From the NCBI GenBank assembly GCA_965248195.1, contig CBDFIQ010000002.1, forward strand, positions 167,539 to 231,538: a stretch of DNA of 64,000 nucleotides. The letters are read 5' to 3'. Of the stretch, positions 8,604 through 16,335 are shown in pieces. The position numbers and the translations under genes were made by a program. The notes below the pieces were generated by a model. That model had not been told where the DNA came from. It saw only the letters and a program-made list of their open reading frames with translations, and ran no database searches. The stretch comes from Longimicrobiales bacterium (lineage in GTDB: Bacteria; Gemmatimonadota; Gemmatimonadetes; Longimicrobiales; Gaopeijiaceae). Within the stretch, counting starts at the first letter, position 1; each line of letters starts with the position of its first letter.

Positions 8604-10282
8604 GCCGCTCGCTGAACGCACTCCTTTGGGGGCGGATGCAGCTACTCAGGTGGACCAACTGGAGGCCGTTGGTTGCGGCCGCCCGGCATCCGCGGCGAAC
8701 GCAGAACCAGTGGCTGCGGCGTCATCTCGCCCGCAACGCCGACACACGTTTCGGCCGCGAGCACGACTTCCGGACGATCACATCGTACGAGGAGTTTGCA
8801 GCACGCGTACCGATCCAGACGTACGAGACTCTGCGACCCTACATCGAAGGGCAGGAGCAGCACGGCGAGCCAGCGCTCAACGCTGATCCGCCCATCATGT
8901 ACGCTCAAACGAGCGGAACCACGGGGAAGCCGAAGCTCATACCGATCCTCCAGTCCACGTTGGAGAATCACCGCCGGAGCCAGGGGAGTCAGGCCTTCAT
9001 CCAGTTCTCGACCGTTCCGGGTGCCTATTCCGGCAGGCTTCTGCCCATCGTCAGTCCGGCCGTGGAGGGAACGCTTCCGTCGGGCACCCCCTACGGCTCC
9101 GCTTCGGGACACGTGTACAAGAACATGCCCACGCTCGCCCGAGCCAAGTACGTTCTGCCGCACGAAGTCTTCGAAATCGAAGACTACGACCTCAAGTACC
9201 GCACGATTCTGCGATTGGCCGCGCCGGCTCGTGACATCACCTTCATGGCGAGCGCCAACCCCTCGACGTTCCTTCGCCTGTTGGACCTGCTAGCTGAGCA
9301 CCGGCTAGAGCTCCTCGAGGACATCGCTTCGCAACGCTTCCGTCACCTCGACGAGCTTCCAAGCTCGATCGCCGACGCCGTGCTACCCCGCCTTCGGACA
9401 TCGAAGGTGCGCGTCGCCGAGCTCGATTCGGTTCTCCGCCTTCCGGCCCCGGCCTTCAAGCACCTGTGGCCCGACCTCCGACTCGTAACGACGTGGACCG
9501 GAGGCAGTTGCCGTCTCGCCCTCAGCAAGGTCGTCGACGCGTGCCCCGGGTTCACCCGCATCGGCGAGCTGGGCTACCTCTCCAGCGAGTTCCGCGGAAC
9601 GATTACCGTCGATCTCGAGCGCAACCTCGGCATGCCGACCATCCATGAGAACTTTCTGGAGTTCGTGGAGCGCGATGATTGGGACTCGGGCGATCGTCAT
9701 GCCGTGACGGTCGAATATCTCGAGCTGGGTCGCGAATACTACGTCATAGTCACCACCGACTCGGGCCTCTACCGATACTTCATGAATGATCTCGTCGAAG
9801 TAACCGGGCGTTTCCACGCGACTCCCACCACCCAGTTCGTGCGGAAGGGTAGGGGCGTCACGAGCATCACGGGGGAGAAGCTCTATGAGAACCAGGTCAT
9901 CGAAGCGGTGCAGGCTACCGGAGACGAGCTCGGCCAGTCCACGGATTTTCTGCTCATGTTGGCTGATCCCGAGGAATCACGTTATCGCCTGGTGATCGAG
10001 CTGGACCTGGACCGAACTGCTGCAGAGCAGTGGGGTCGCTCAGTGGAGCGGGCACTGGGCGAGCGGAATCTCGAGTACGCGCAGAAGCGGAAAAGCGGTC
10101 GCCTTCGCGCTCTGCAGATCATCTCAGTGGCTTCCGGCACTGGGGAACTCTACAAGCGGCACATGTTAGCGAAGGGGCAGAGAGAGGGCCAATTCAAGCT
10201 CGTCGCTCTCCAATATGCGACCGACTGCACGTTCGACTTCACACGCGCGAGCCCGACACATGCCTCGCTCGACCCGACATGA
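8600..10282 (+). CDS. GH3 family acyl-acid amido synthetase-like protein (GH3-1)
   Basis: ORF 8450..10282. ATG at 8600 overlaps the hydroxylase stop (ATGA). Adenylation motif YAQTSGTTGKPKLIP is present, plus YYVIVTTDSGLYRYFMNDLVEV and ITGEKL. Confidence 0.85.
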   Translation: MSRSLNALLWGRMQLLRWTNWRPLVAAARHPRRTQNQWLRRHLARNADTRFGREHDFRTITSYEEFAARVPIQTYETLRPYIEGQEQHGEPALNADPPIMYAQTSGTTGKPKLIPILQSTLENHRRSQGSQAFIQFSTVPGAYSGRLLPIVSPAVEGTLPSGTPYGSASGHVYKNMPTLARAKYVLPHEVFEIEDYDLKYRTILRLAAPARDITFMASANPSTFLRLLDLLAEHRLELLEDIASQRFRHLDELPSSIADAVLPRLRTSKVRVAELDSVLRLPAPAFKHLWPDLRLVTTWTGGSCRLALSKVVDACPGFTRIGELGYLSSEFRGTITVDLERNLGMPTIHENFLEFVERDDWDSGDRHAVTVEYLELGREYYVIVTTDSGLYRYFMNDLVEVTGRFHATPTTQFVRKGRGVTSITGEKLYENQVIEAVQATGDELGQSTDFLLMLADPEESRYRLVIELDLDRTAAEQWGRSVERALGERNLEYAQKRKSGRLRALQIISVASGTGELYKRHMLAKGQREGQFKLVALQYATDCTFDFTRASPTHASLDPT

Positions 10283-11397
10283 GCTCATTGGCCTTTTACC
10301 GCGTCGTCATACCCTTCCGGCAGCGGTTCAAGCATGGCTCGGCGGAGCGTACGCAGACACAGGCCGTTTGGGTCGAGGTCGATCGGGACGGAGTGACCGG
10401 CGTCGGCGAAGGCTGTCCGCGCGAGTACGTCACGGGGGAAAGCGTCGAGACTGCGGAGCGCTTCCTGACGGCGCACCGGCGTACGTGGGAGAGGGACTTC
10501 GAGACACTGGACGATATGACGAGATGGCTCGACGAGAGCGAGGGCATCGTGGACGCAAACCCGGCGGCGTGGTGCGCCGTCGAGCTCGCGTACCTCGACC
10601 TGTTCGGAAGGGAGCGTGCGCAATCCGTCGAGGAGCTCACGGGTGTCCCTCCGCTGCGGGGCTCTTTTTGCTACACGGCAGTCGTGGGGGACAGCGACGC
10701 TGAGACCTTTGATGCCATCGTGGGCCAATACCGGCGAATGGGCTTTTCTGACTTCAAGCTCAAGCTCTGCGGCGACATGGACCGGGATCGAGAGAAGCTG
10801 GCGCTCCTGCGCAAGCACGGAGTGCCCGAGAGCCACGTGCGGGTGGACGCCAACAACCTGTGGGACGATACCGGGGAAGCGATTCGGCATCTGACGGCGC
10901 TCGACTTCGCGTTCTTCGGCATCGAGGAGCCCTTGACGGCCGAGCAGCTGGATGCCCTACGAGAGGTCAGCAAATCGACCGGTTGCCAGATCATCCTCGA
11001 CGAGAGCCTCGTGCGTGCCCGTCAGCTCGAGCTGCTCCTGCCGGACCCGGAGACTTGGATCCTGAACGTGCGGGTGTCGAAGATGGGTGGGGTCGTTCGG
11101 TCGCTCGACTTGCTCGGGCGTGCCAGCGAGTTAGGGCTCCCCGTGATCGTCGGCGCGCAGGTTGGCGAAACGAGCCTGCTTACCCGCGCTGGGCTCCTGG
11201 TGGCTGCCGCTGCTGGCGACTCTCTCCTGGGCCAGGAAGGAGCCTTCGGGACTTTCCTGCTGGAGCAGGACGTCTGCGAACCGCCCCTCATGTTCGGCGC
11301 GGGTGGAACGCTCGACGCGGACGCCTTGGGCCTCGCCTCACGGCCGGGACTAGGGATCGACGTCACGACCGCTCGGTCGATCTTCCAACCGTTGTGA
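10279..11397 (+). CDS. Enolase superfamily enzyme, muconate-lactonizing-enzyme subgroup (dipeptide epimerase / N-acylamino-acid racemase-like)
   Basis: ORF 10030..11397. ATG at 10279 overlaps the GH3-1 stop (ATGA). KxK motif (DFKLKL), metal ligands (RVDANNLW, GIEEP, ILDES) and second catalytic Lys (NVRVSKMGG) are all visible. Confidence 0.8.
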   Translation: MSSLAFYRVVIPFRQRFKHGSAERTQTQAVWVEVDRDGVTGVGEGCPREYVTGESVETAERFLTAHRRTWERDFETLDDMTRWLDESEGIVDANPAAWCAVELAYLDLFGRERAQSVEELTGVPPLRGSFCYTAVVGDSDAETFDAIVGQYRRMGFSDFKLKLCGDMDRDREKLALLRKHGVPESHVRVDANNLWDDTGEAIRHLTALDFAFFGIEEPLTAEQLDALREVSKSTGCQIILDESLVRARQLELLLPDPETWILNVRVSKMGGVVRSLDLLGRASELGLPVIVGAQVGETSLLTRAGLLVAAAAGDSLLGQEGAFGTFLLEQDVCEPPLMFGAGGTLDADALGLASRPGLGIDVTTARSIFQPL

Positions 11398-13133
11398 CTC
11401 GCTGGCGTCCATCCCGGCCATTCAAGCGCATCGCTCCAGTACGAGGCCATGCGTTCTGCAGCTACCTCGACGGCGGGTCGTCGGGGTGAAAATAGCTCAC
11501 TCCGGTTGAGTGCGTCCCACTGGTGCATGACATACGCCCACTTGTATTGTGCGTCGCGCTGGCCACGGCTGACGTCGGAGCGTTGCCTTCGCTGCGCCCA
11601 ACCGGGGCGCATCCGCCGCAGCCTCGGCCCGGCGAGACGACTGGACTCACGTTTGGCCGCGTACTCGACGTTGAGCTGGGCTAGCTCGGCGTCGAGCTCG
11701 ACCCGGAACGCCTCCAGCGTAGTTTCGTCTGCCCCGGTCTCGACGAGCACGTCGTAGCCGCAGCGTTCGGTGTCGGGGATCAACTGCACACGGTCGAGCG
11801 GCATTCCCACGCGCTCCATCGCGTGGCAGGCGGCCTGCGCGACCTGATCTCCGTGGAGCTTTTCGCCGGTGAGATTGGTCATGTCGGCGCCTTTGTGCAC
11901 GAACTTGACCAGGGGCATTTCGCCGTGCATCGCGGTCACTTCCACCACGTCGGAGATGTCGTAGCGGTACAGCCCGGCCCGTGTAGTCAGCAGGACGTAG
12001 TAGCGCCGGCCGACCTCGAGCTCGTGGGCGAGTAATGTGCGTGGGTGGTCACCGCCGTGTTCCTCTTCCGGAATGAACTCGAAGAAGTTGTCGTGCAGCG
12101 TGAGCGCGCCGGCTGCCGTGGAGTCACTCAACGGTACCGCGATAGTCGCCTCGGTTGCCCGCAGCCCCAGGTCGCGAAGGGCGGCGTCCCCATAGTAGGC
12201 GCCTAACTTGCGTGCAAACACGCCAGCGCTCCCACCGAGCCAGCAGCCGATGACCGTCAGATTCGGCCAGACGTGCTTGGGCAACAGGGAACCGTGTTGC
12301 TCGATCGAGCGCTCCAGCTGTTGGGCGCGGCCAGGGTTCCGCGTCAGCCGCTCCTCAATCAGCGCGAGTCTCGAACGATCTTCGGTCTCCCTCGGCGACA
12401 AGCGACCGAGACCTCCATCGTGGATGGCCGCGATGATGGCTTCGGCGTTCTGCGCGCCGACTTCGGCAAGGCGGAGCAGTGTCGTCGGGTTTGGAATCCC
12501 GACGAGCGAGACGTTGGCTTCGAGCATGAGCCGTGCTGCGACGAGATAGCGCGTGTCGTAGTTCATGATCTCCCCAACCTCGCCGGGCATCACGTAGTTG
12601 CGTTTCACGAGTGCAGACACGCGCTGGTACGTCAGGGCGGAGATCGAGCCACAGGGGATCCCGCTCTCGGACCGGGACTCCGCTGCCGAGCCGACGAAGC
12701 TCAGCGCCTTGCCATCGAAGAGCCCGGGGTGGGCGCGACCCGCCCGGGCCAGCCACAGGCGCATCGCCATGGACAGGCCGCCGCACCAGCTCTTGGTCAC
12801 CGGCACACGCTTCGCTTGACCCGTGGTGCCGGAAGTGGTCCCGAAGAAAAGTGGACTCTCCCGCGTCAGCACGTGTTCTTCCCCAGCCAACATCCGGTCG
12901 ACGTAGGGGCGGAACGCTTCATAATCGCGGACGGGAACGGCGTCGGCATAACTCGCAGGGTCACTCAGGTCAGCGAAGCCGTGTCGCCTCCCGAACTCGC
13001 AAGGAACGTTGGTGCTCAAGATCTGCGAGAGCGTTCGGAGCTGAACCCCCTTTGGGTCGGCGCTCGCCTGGGCGATCCGCCGATCGGGCTCGCGGCCCCG
13101 CGCGGCCACAAAGGCGCTGCAGAGCGTGCTCAT
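11022..13133 (-). CDS. GH3 family acyl-acid amido synthetase-like protein (GH3-2) with an unusual ~140-aa low-complexity C-terminal extension
   Basis: ORF 11022..13145, with ATG at 13133. It contains FGTTSGTTGQAKRVP, YYVLLTTRAGLYRYDISDVVEV and LTGEKL. The first in-frame stop is at 11022, which is 376 nt inside the convergent enolase gene. Confidence 0.8.
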   Translation of the reverse strand: MSTLCSAFVAARGREPDRRIAQASADPKGVQLRTLSQILSTNVPCEFGRRHGFADLSDPASYADAVPVRDYEAFRPYVDRMLAGEEHVLTRESPLFFGTTSGTTGQAKRVPVTKSWCGGLSMAMRLWLARAGRAHPGLFDGKALSFVGSAAESRSESGIPCGSISALTYQRVSALVKRNYVMPGEVGEIMNYDTRYLVAARLMLEANVSLVGIPNPTTLLRLAEVGAQNAEAIIAAIHDGGLGRLSPRETEDRSRLALIEERLTRNPGRAQQLERSIEQHGSLLPKHVWPNLTVIGCWLGGSAGVFARKLGAYYGDAALRDLGLRATEATIAVPLSDSTAAGALTLHDNFFEFIPEEEHGGDHPRTLLAHELEVGRRYYVLLTTRAGLYRYDISDVVEVTAMHGEMPLVKFVHKGADMTNLTGEKLHGDQVAQAACHAMERVGMPLDRVQLIPDTERCGYDVLVETGADETTLEAFRVELDAELAQLNVEYAAKRESSRLAGPRLRRMRPGWAQRRQRSDVSRGQRDAQYKWAYVMHQWDALNRSELFSPRRPAVEVAAERMASYWSDALEWPGWTPASHNGWKIDRAVVTSIPSPGREARPKASASSVPPAPNMRGGSQTSCSSRKVPKAPSWPRRESPAAAATRSPARVSRLVSPTCAPTITGSPNSLARPSKSSDRTTPPIFDTRTFRIQVSGSGRSSSS

Positions 13134-13368
13134 GACAGGCTCCACTCGCTCTCGGCGGATCTGTCGAGCCGCTTGTGAACCACTTCGACCAACTTGGGCG
13201 TATTCATGTGGGTTTCTCCCTTTACCGACCTCCTGCGCGTCTAGTCAACAACAAGATGTGGCAGACCGGGAGAGTTCTTTATACGTCGGATGACGTAGCA
13301 ATAGCCGTCAGATTACGTAGCGGTGCACCCACGTATTTCTGCGACTTGCCGAATGGCAGGGGGGGGCT

Positions 13369-13770
13369 TCAACTGCGAAACGTCCAGCGCTTGAAGAGGA
13401 TGAAGGCGACAGGAGTCACGATCAGCAGCGCCAGCGCCTGACCGAACGTCGGGTGGAGACCCGCCACATCGACGAGGACCACCAGCACGGCGACTGTCAG
13501 CCCGGCAACGGCGAGGCCCACGATCAGGTAGCGGACGTAGGCGCTCCAGAAGCCGGCGTGCCCGAGGCGAAACGTGAAGTACCGGTTTCCGAAGTACATC
13601 AGAACGTTCGAGATGAAGTAGGCGGCGACCGAGGCGACGACGTACCGCACTCCGCCCTCGAAGAGCGCCGCGAAGGCGAGGAGATTCACCACATAGCCGC
13701 CCACTCCGACCAGCACGAACTTCAACGGCTGGCCGACTCGGGTGCCAAGCTGCGGAATGGACTCTTTCAT
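13369..13770 (-). CDS. GtrA family membrane protein
   Basis: ORF 13369..13770. It is small with 4 TM segments and has LKFVLVGVGGYVVNL and NRYFTF motifs. Its ATG overlaps the FMO stop (ATGA). Confidence 0.75.
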   Translation of the reverse strand: MKESIPQLGTRVGQPLKFVLVGVGGYVVNLLAFAALFEGGVRYVVASVAAYFISNVLMYFGNRYFTFRLGHAGFWSAYVRYLIVGLAVAGLTVAVLVVLVDVAGLHPTFGQALALLIVTPVAFILFKRWTFRS

Positions 13771-14897
13771 CGGGCGCCCCGGCGCAGATAACTCTCGACC
13801 TGACGGGCGAGGCGCCGGGAGTCGCGATTCGCCTCGAACAGCGCCCCGCGCGGCGTCTCGTTGAAGCCGATGAAGAACAGGCCCGGCACCGGGTCGGAGC
13901 TGCGCGGGTATGCGCGCTCGTCGAGGGCTTCTCGCGCATCGAGAAGCTCATCGAGGCCACTGCGGAAGCCTGTCGCCGCGACGATGGCGTCGAACTCCTC
14001 GGTGCGCCCGTCGGCGAAGACGACACCGCGCTCCGTGAGCCGGCTTGGGTCCGGGAGCACGTCGATCTTCCCGTTCTTGAGCTGCGTCAGGAAACCGACG
14101 TCGATGACGGGCGGTCGGCGCGCGGTGAACGGGCCCCAGGCTTCCGGGCCGATCCCGTAAACACTCAGGTCGCCGTTGGAGAACCGCCGCAAGGCCGCCC
14201 CGAGCCGATCGACCAGCTTCGGTGGAAACGGCGCGAGCAGGATTCCGAGCATCTGAACCGGAATGCCGACGATCTCCCGCGAGGTGATCGCGGGCGACGT
14301 CCGAACCGCGATAGCGACGCGGGCTGCTCCCGACTCGACGAGGTCCGCCGCGATCTCCGCGCCGCTGTTTCCGATTCCGACGACGAGCACGCGCTTTCCG
14401 GCGTACAGCTCGCCACACCGGTAGTCGGCGGAATGTTCGATCGTGCCGCGGAAGGTCTCCGTTCCCGGCCAGGATGGCAGACGCGGGATTCTGTGCTTCC
14501 CCGTGGCGACGACGACGGCGCGGGCCTCCAGATTGCCGCCGTGCATTTGGAGGGCCCAGCCCGGGCCGTCTCCAGCTCGCCGGATTTTGGCGAGCTTCCG
14601 GTTGAGCACAACCCGCAGCCCGTGGTGCCGCGCGTAATCCGCGAGATAGAGCGCATAGTCGTCCTTGGGGACGTAGCGCGGCAGGTTGCGCGGCAGCGGG
14701 TGGTACGGCAAACCGGACAGTGCACGGGTCGTGTGCAGGTGCAGCCTGTCATAGCGCCGAGCCCAGGTGCCGCCGATCCGCCCGTCACCCTCGAGGATCA
14801 AGGGGTCGAGCCCGCGTCGCTTCATAGCGGCGCCGGCGGCCAGGCCCGAGGCGCCTGCCCCGAGGACCGCCACGTCGACGTGCTCAGTAGGAGGCAT
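13767..14897 (-). CDS. Class B flavin-containing monooxygenase (FMO/YUCCA-like NAD(P)/FAD-dependent)
   Basis: ORF 13767..15023, with ATG at 14897 (MPPTEHVDVAVLGAGASG). It has the FAD GxGxxG motif, the FMO motif FRGTIEHSADY (FxGxxxHxxxY), the NADPH motif VVGIGNSGAEIA and the ATG motif IVAATGF. Confidence 0.85.
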   Translation of the reverse strand: MPPTEHVDVAVLGAGASGLAAGAAMKRRGLDPLILEGDGRIGGTWARRYDRLHLHTTRALSGLPYHPLPRNLPRYVPKDDYALYLADYARHHGLRVVLNRKLAKIRRAGDGPGWALQMHGGNLEARAVVVATGKHRIPRLPSWPGTETFRGTIEHSADYRCGELYAGKRVLVVGIGNSGAEIAADLVESGAARVAIAVRTSPAITSREIVGIPVQMLGILLAPFPPKLVDRLGAALRRFSNGDLSVYGIGPEAWGPFTARRPPVIDVGFLTQLKNGKIDVLPDPSRLTERGVVFADGRTEEFDAIVAATGFRSGLDELLDAREALDERAYPRSSDPVPGLFFIGFNETPRGALFEANRDSRRLARQVESYLRRGAR

Positions 14898-15387
14898 GGT
14901 AGCTCCCGAGCGTGTGGACGAACGCTGCCAGAACGAAATGGAAGACGATCGGAATGGCACCGCCCGACCAGCGCTGCTCCGGCCTTCTTCCCATGCGGAC
15001 GGCGTACCGAATGACCATGGCACCGACGTACACGTAGCTGAACCAGATGAGCGAGAAGCCCAGGACGCCGTGCGGCTGGGCCAAGAATCCGGCGTCCCGC
15101 GTCAGGTCCCGGGCGATCCAGCCCATCACGGCCAAGAAGAGAATCTGGGTCGGAAGCAGAAGCCGGTACGGCGTGAGGTTCCACTGCTCCATCGGCGGCA
15201 GCCAGCGCGGGGCACGGACGACGACGACGACCTGCCCGAGGACCCGTAGCAGGAAGAGAGCGAGGAAAATCCAGAGGAACATGCCGGCAAATCGCGGGTC
15301 GACCTCTGACGCGACGGTTCGGATGCGGAAGACCGCCACCGCGCAGGCCGTGAACACGAGCGTGGCGAGGAGCACCGCCTCGGTCAC
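14884..15387 (-). CDS. Hypothetical polytopic membrane protein (167 aa)
   Basis: ORF 14884..15387 with a GTG start and about 5 hydrophobic segments. It overlaps the FMO start by 14 nt. I recognise no family. Confidence 0.6.
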   Translation of the reverse strand: MTEAVLLATLVFTACAVAVFRIRTVASEVDPRFAGMFLWIFLALFLLRVLGQVVVVVRAPRWLPPMEQWNLTPYRLLLPTQILFLAVMGWIARDLTRDAGFLAQPHGVLGFSLIWFSYVYVGAMVIRYAVRMGRRPEQRWSGGAIPIVFHFVLAAFVHTLGSYHASY

Positions 15388-15427
15388 GCGCGGTGAAGCC
15401 TCGGCGCCTCGATCAAAAAAAGATCGG

Positions 15428-16147
15428 TCAGTCGTGATCGCGGTTTCTCGAGTCGATTTCTTCCATCGTCACCCACGCCAGGGCCTTCGCCGCGGCGTAC
15501 CGGTACGCCCGTTCCCGAAACGCTTGGAAGCTCACTGCAGAGGCCAGCAGGCTCACCATGAACACCTGAGAGCGGATGATCGGGAAGGGTCCGAAGGACC
15601 CGGCGCCGTCGAGGGCGGCGACGGGAGCCCAGAACGGGAGGATGAAAGCCAGGACTGCCAACGGGATAATGAATCCCCGAGCCATTCGGTACTGTTCGCG
15701 ATACACCTGGATCGTCTCGTAGACGTGGGGTGCGCGGATCATAACCTGGTACTCCACGCCGTGCATGAACATACCTGCCCTCCACGCGCGGTTGTGAATG
15801 CCTTCCTCTTCGTCCCACAGGTCCGCATAGGTGGGTCCCCCCGGCGAGGGATAAATCCCGCCCAGGGCCGCCAGGCGGTTTTCCACCGCCCCGCTCGCCA
15901 AGACGTCCAGGGTCCACTGATTCTTCTGCTTGTGGAGGAGCCCTCGCGAGATCGTGTGCATGACGATCCCCAGCGCGAACGACACCGTCAGGAGGGTCAC
16001 GAGGACGAACACTGCCTGACTCCCGGTCCATGCCGGGATCTCTTCGACGTTGAACGTCGGTGACCATACATCGGCCAGCACCAGCAAGACCATCGAAGTG
16101 AACAGGCCAGGGACCAGCGTCGTGACAGCCAGATAGAATGGTCGCAT
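15428..16147 (-). CDS. Hypothetical polytopic membrane protein (239 aa)
   Basis: ORF 15428..16225. I prefer ATG at 16147 (MRPFYLAVTTLV), which is preceded by GGAG. It has several TM segments. I recognise no family. Confidence 0.6.
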   Translation of the reverse strand: MRPFYLAVTTLVPGLFTSMVLLVLADVWSPTFNVEEIPAWTGSQAVFVLVTLLTVSFALGIVMHTISRGLLHKQKNQWTLDVLASGAVENRLAALGGIYPSPGGPTYADLWDEEEGIHNRAWRAGMFMHGVEYQVMIRAPHVYETIQVYREQYRMARGFIIPLAVLAFILPFWAPVAALDGAGSFGPFPIIRSQVFMVSLLASAVSFQAFRERAYRYAAAKALAWVTMEEIDSRNRDHD

Positions 16148-16335
16148 CGATCGGACTCCGAAGAGGGGTGGCGAAGTCTGCTCAGTAGGCCGCGAGGCCT
16201 CGAACTTCATGGACTCGCATGCCATAGATCTACTATAGGCCTGAGGCCGCCGATGCCGAAATAGTTTCTTCCTCTAACCACTTCCTCTCAACGTCCGTAG
16301 CCCTCACGTAGTCTCTGTGGAAATCGAGAGAATCT

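Noticed and set aside
8450-10278. 5' extensions suggested by the ORF track for GH3-1 (8450-8599) and the enolase gene (10030-10278), and likewise for rsmB (49144-49383) and thiE (47337-47633).
   Set aside because: The extensions overlap the preceding well-supported genes in another frame and translate to Arg/Pro-rich junk. Conserved N-termini and NTGA coupling junctions indicate the downstream starts.
13175-13441. An 88-aa plus-strand ORF in the GtrA/GH3-2 gap.
   Set aside because: It has a GTG start, runs antisense into GtrA, and shows no motif or RBS. The region looks like a promoter gap.
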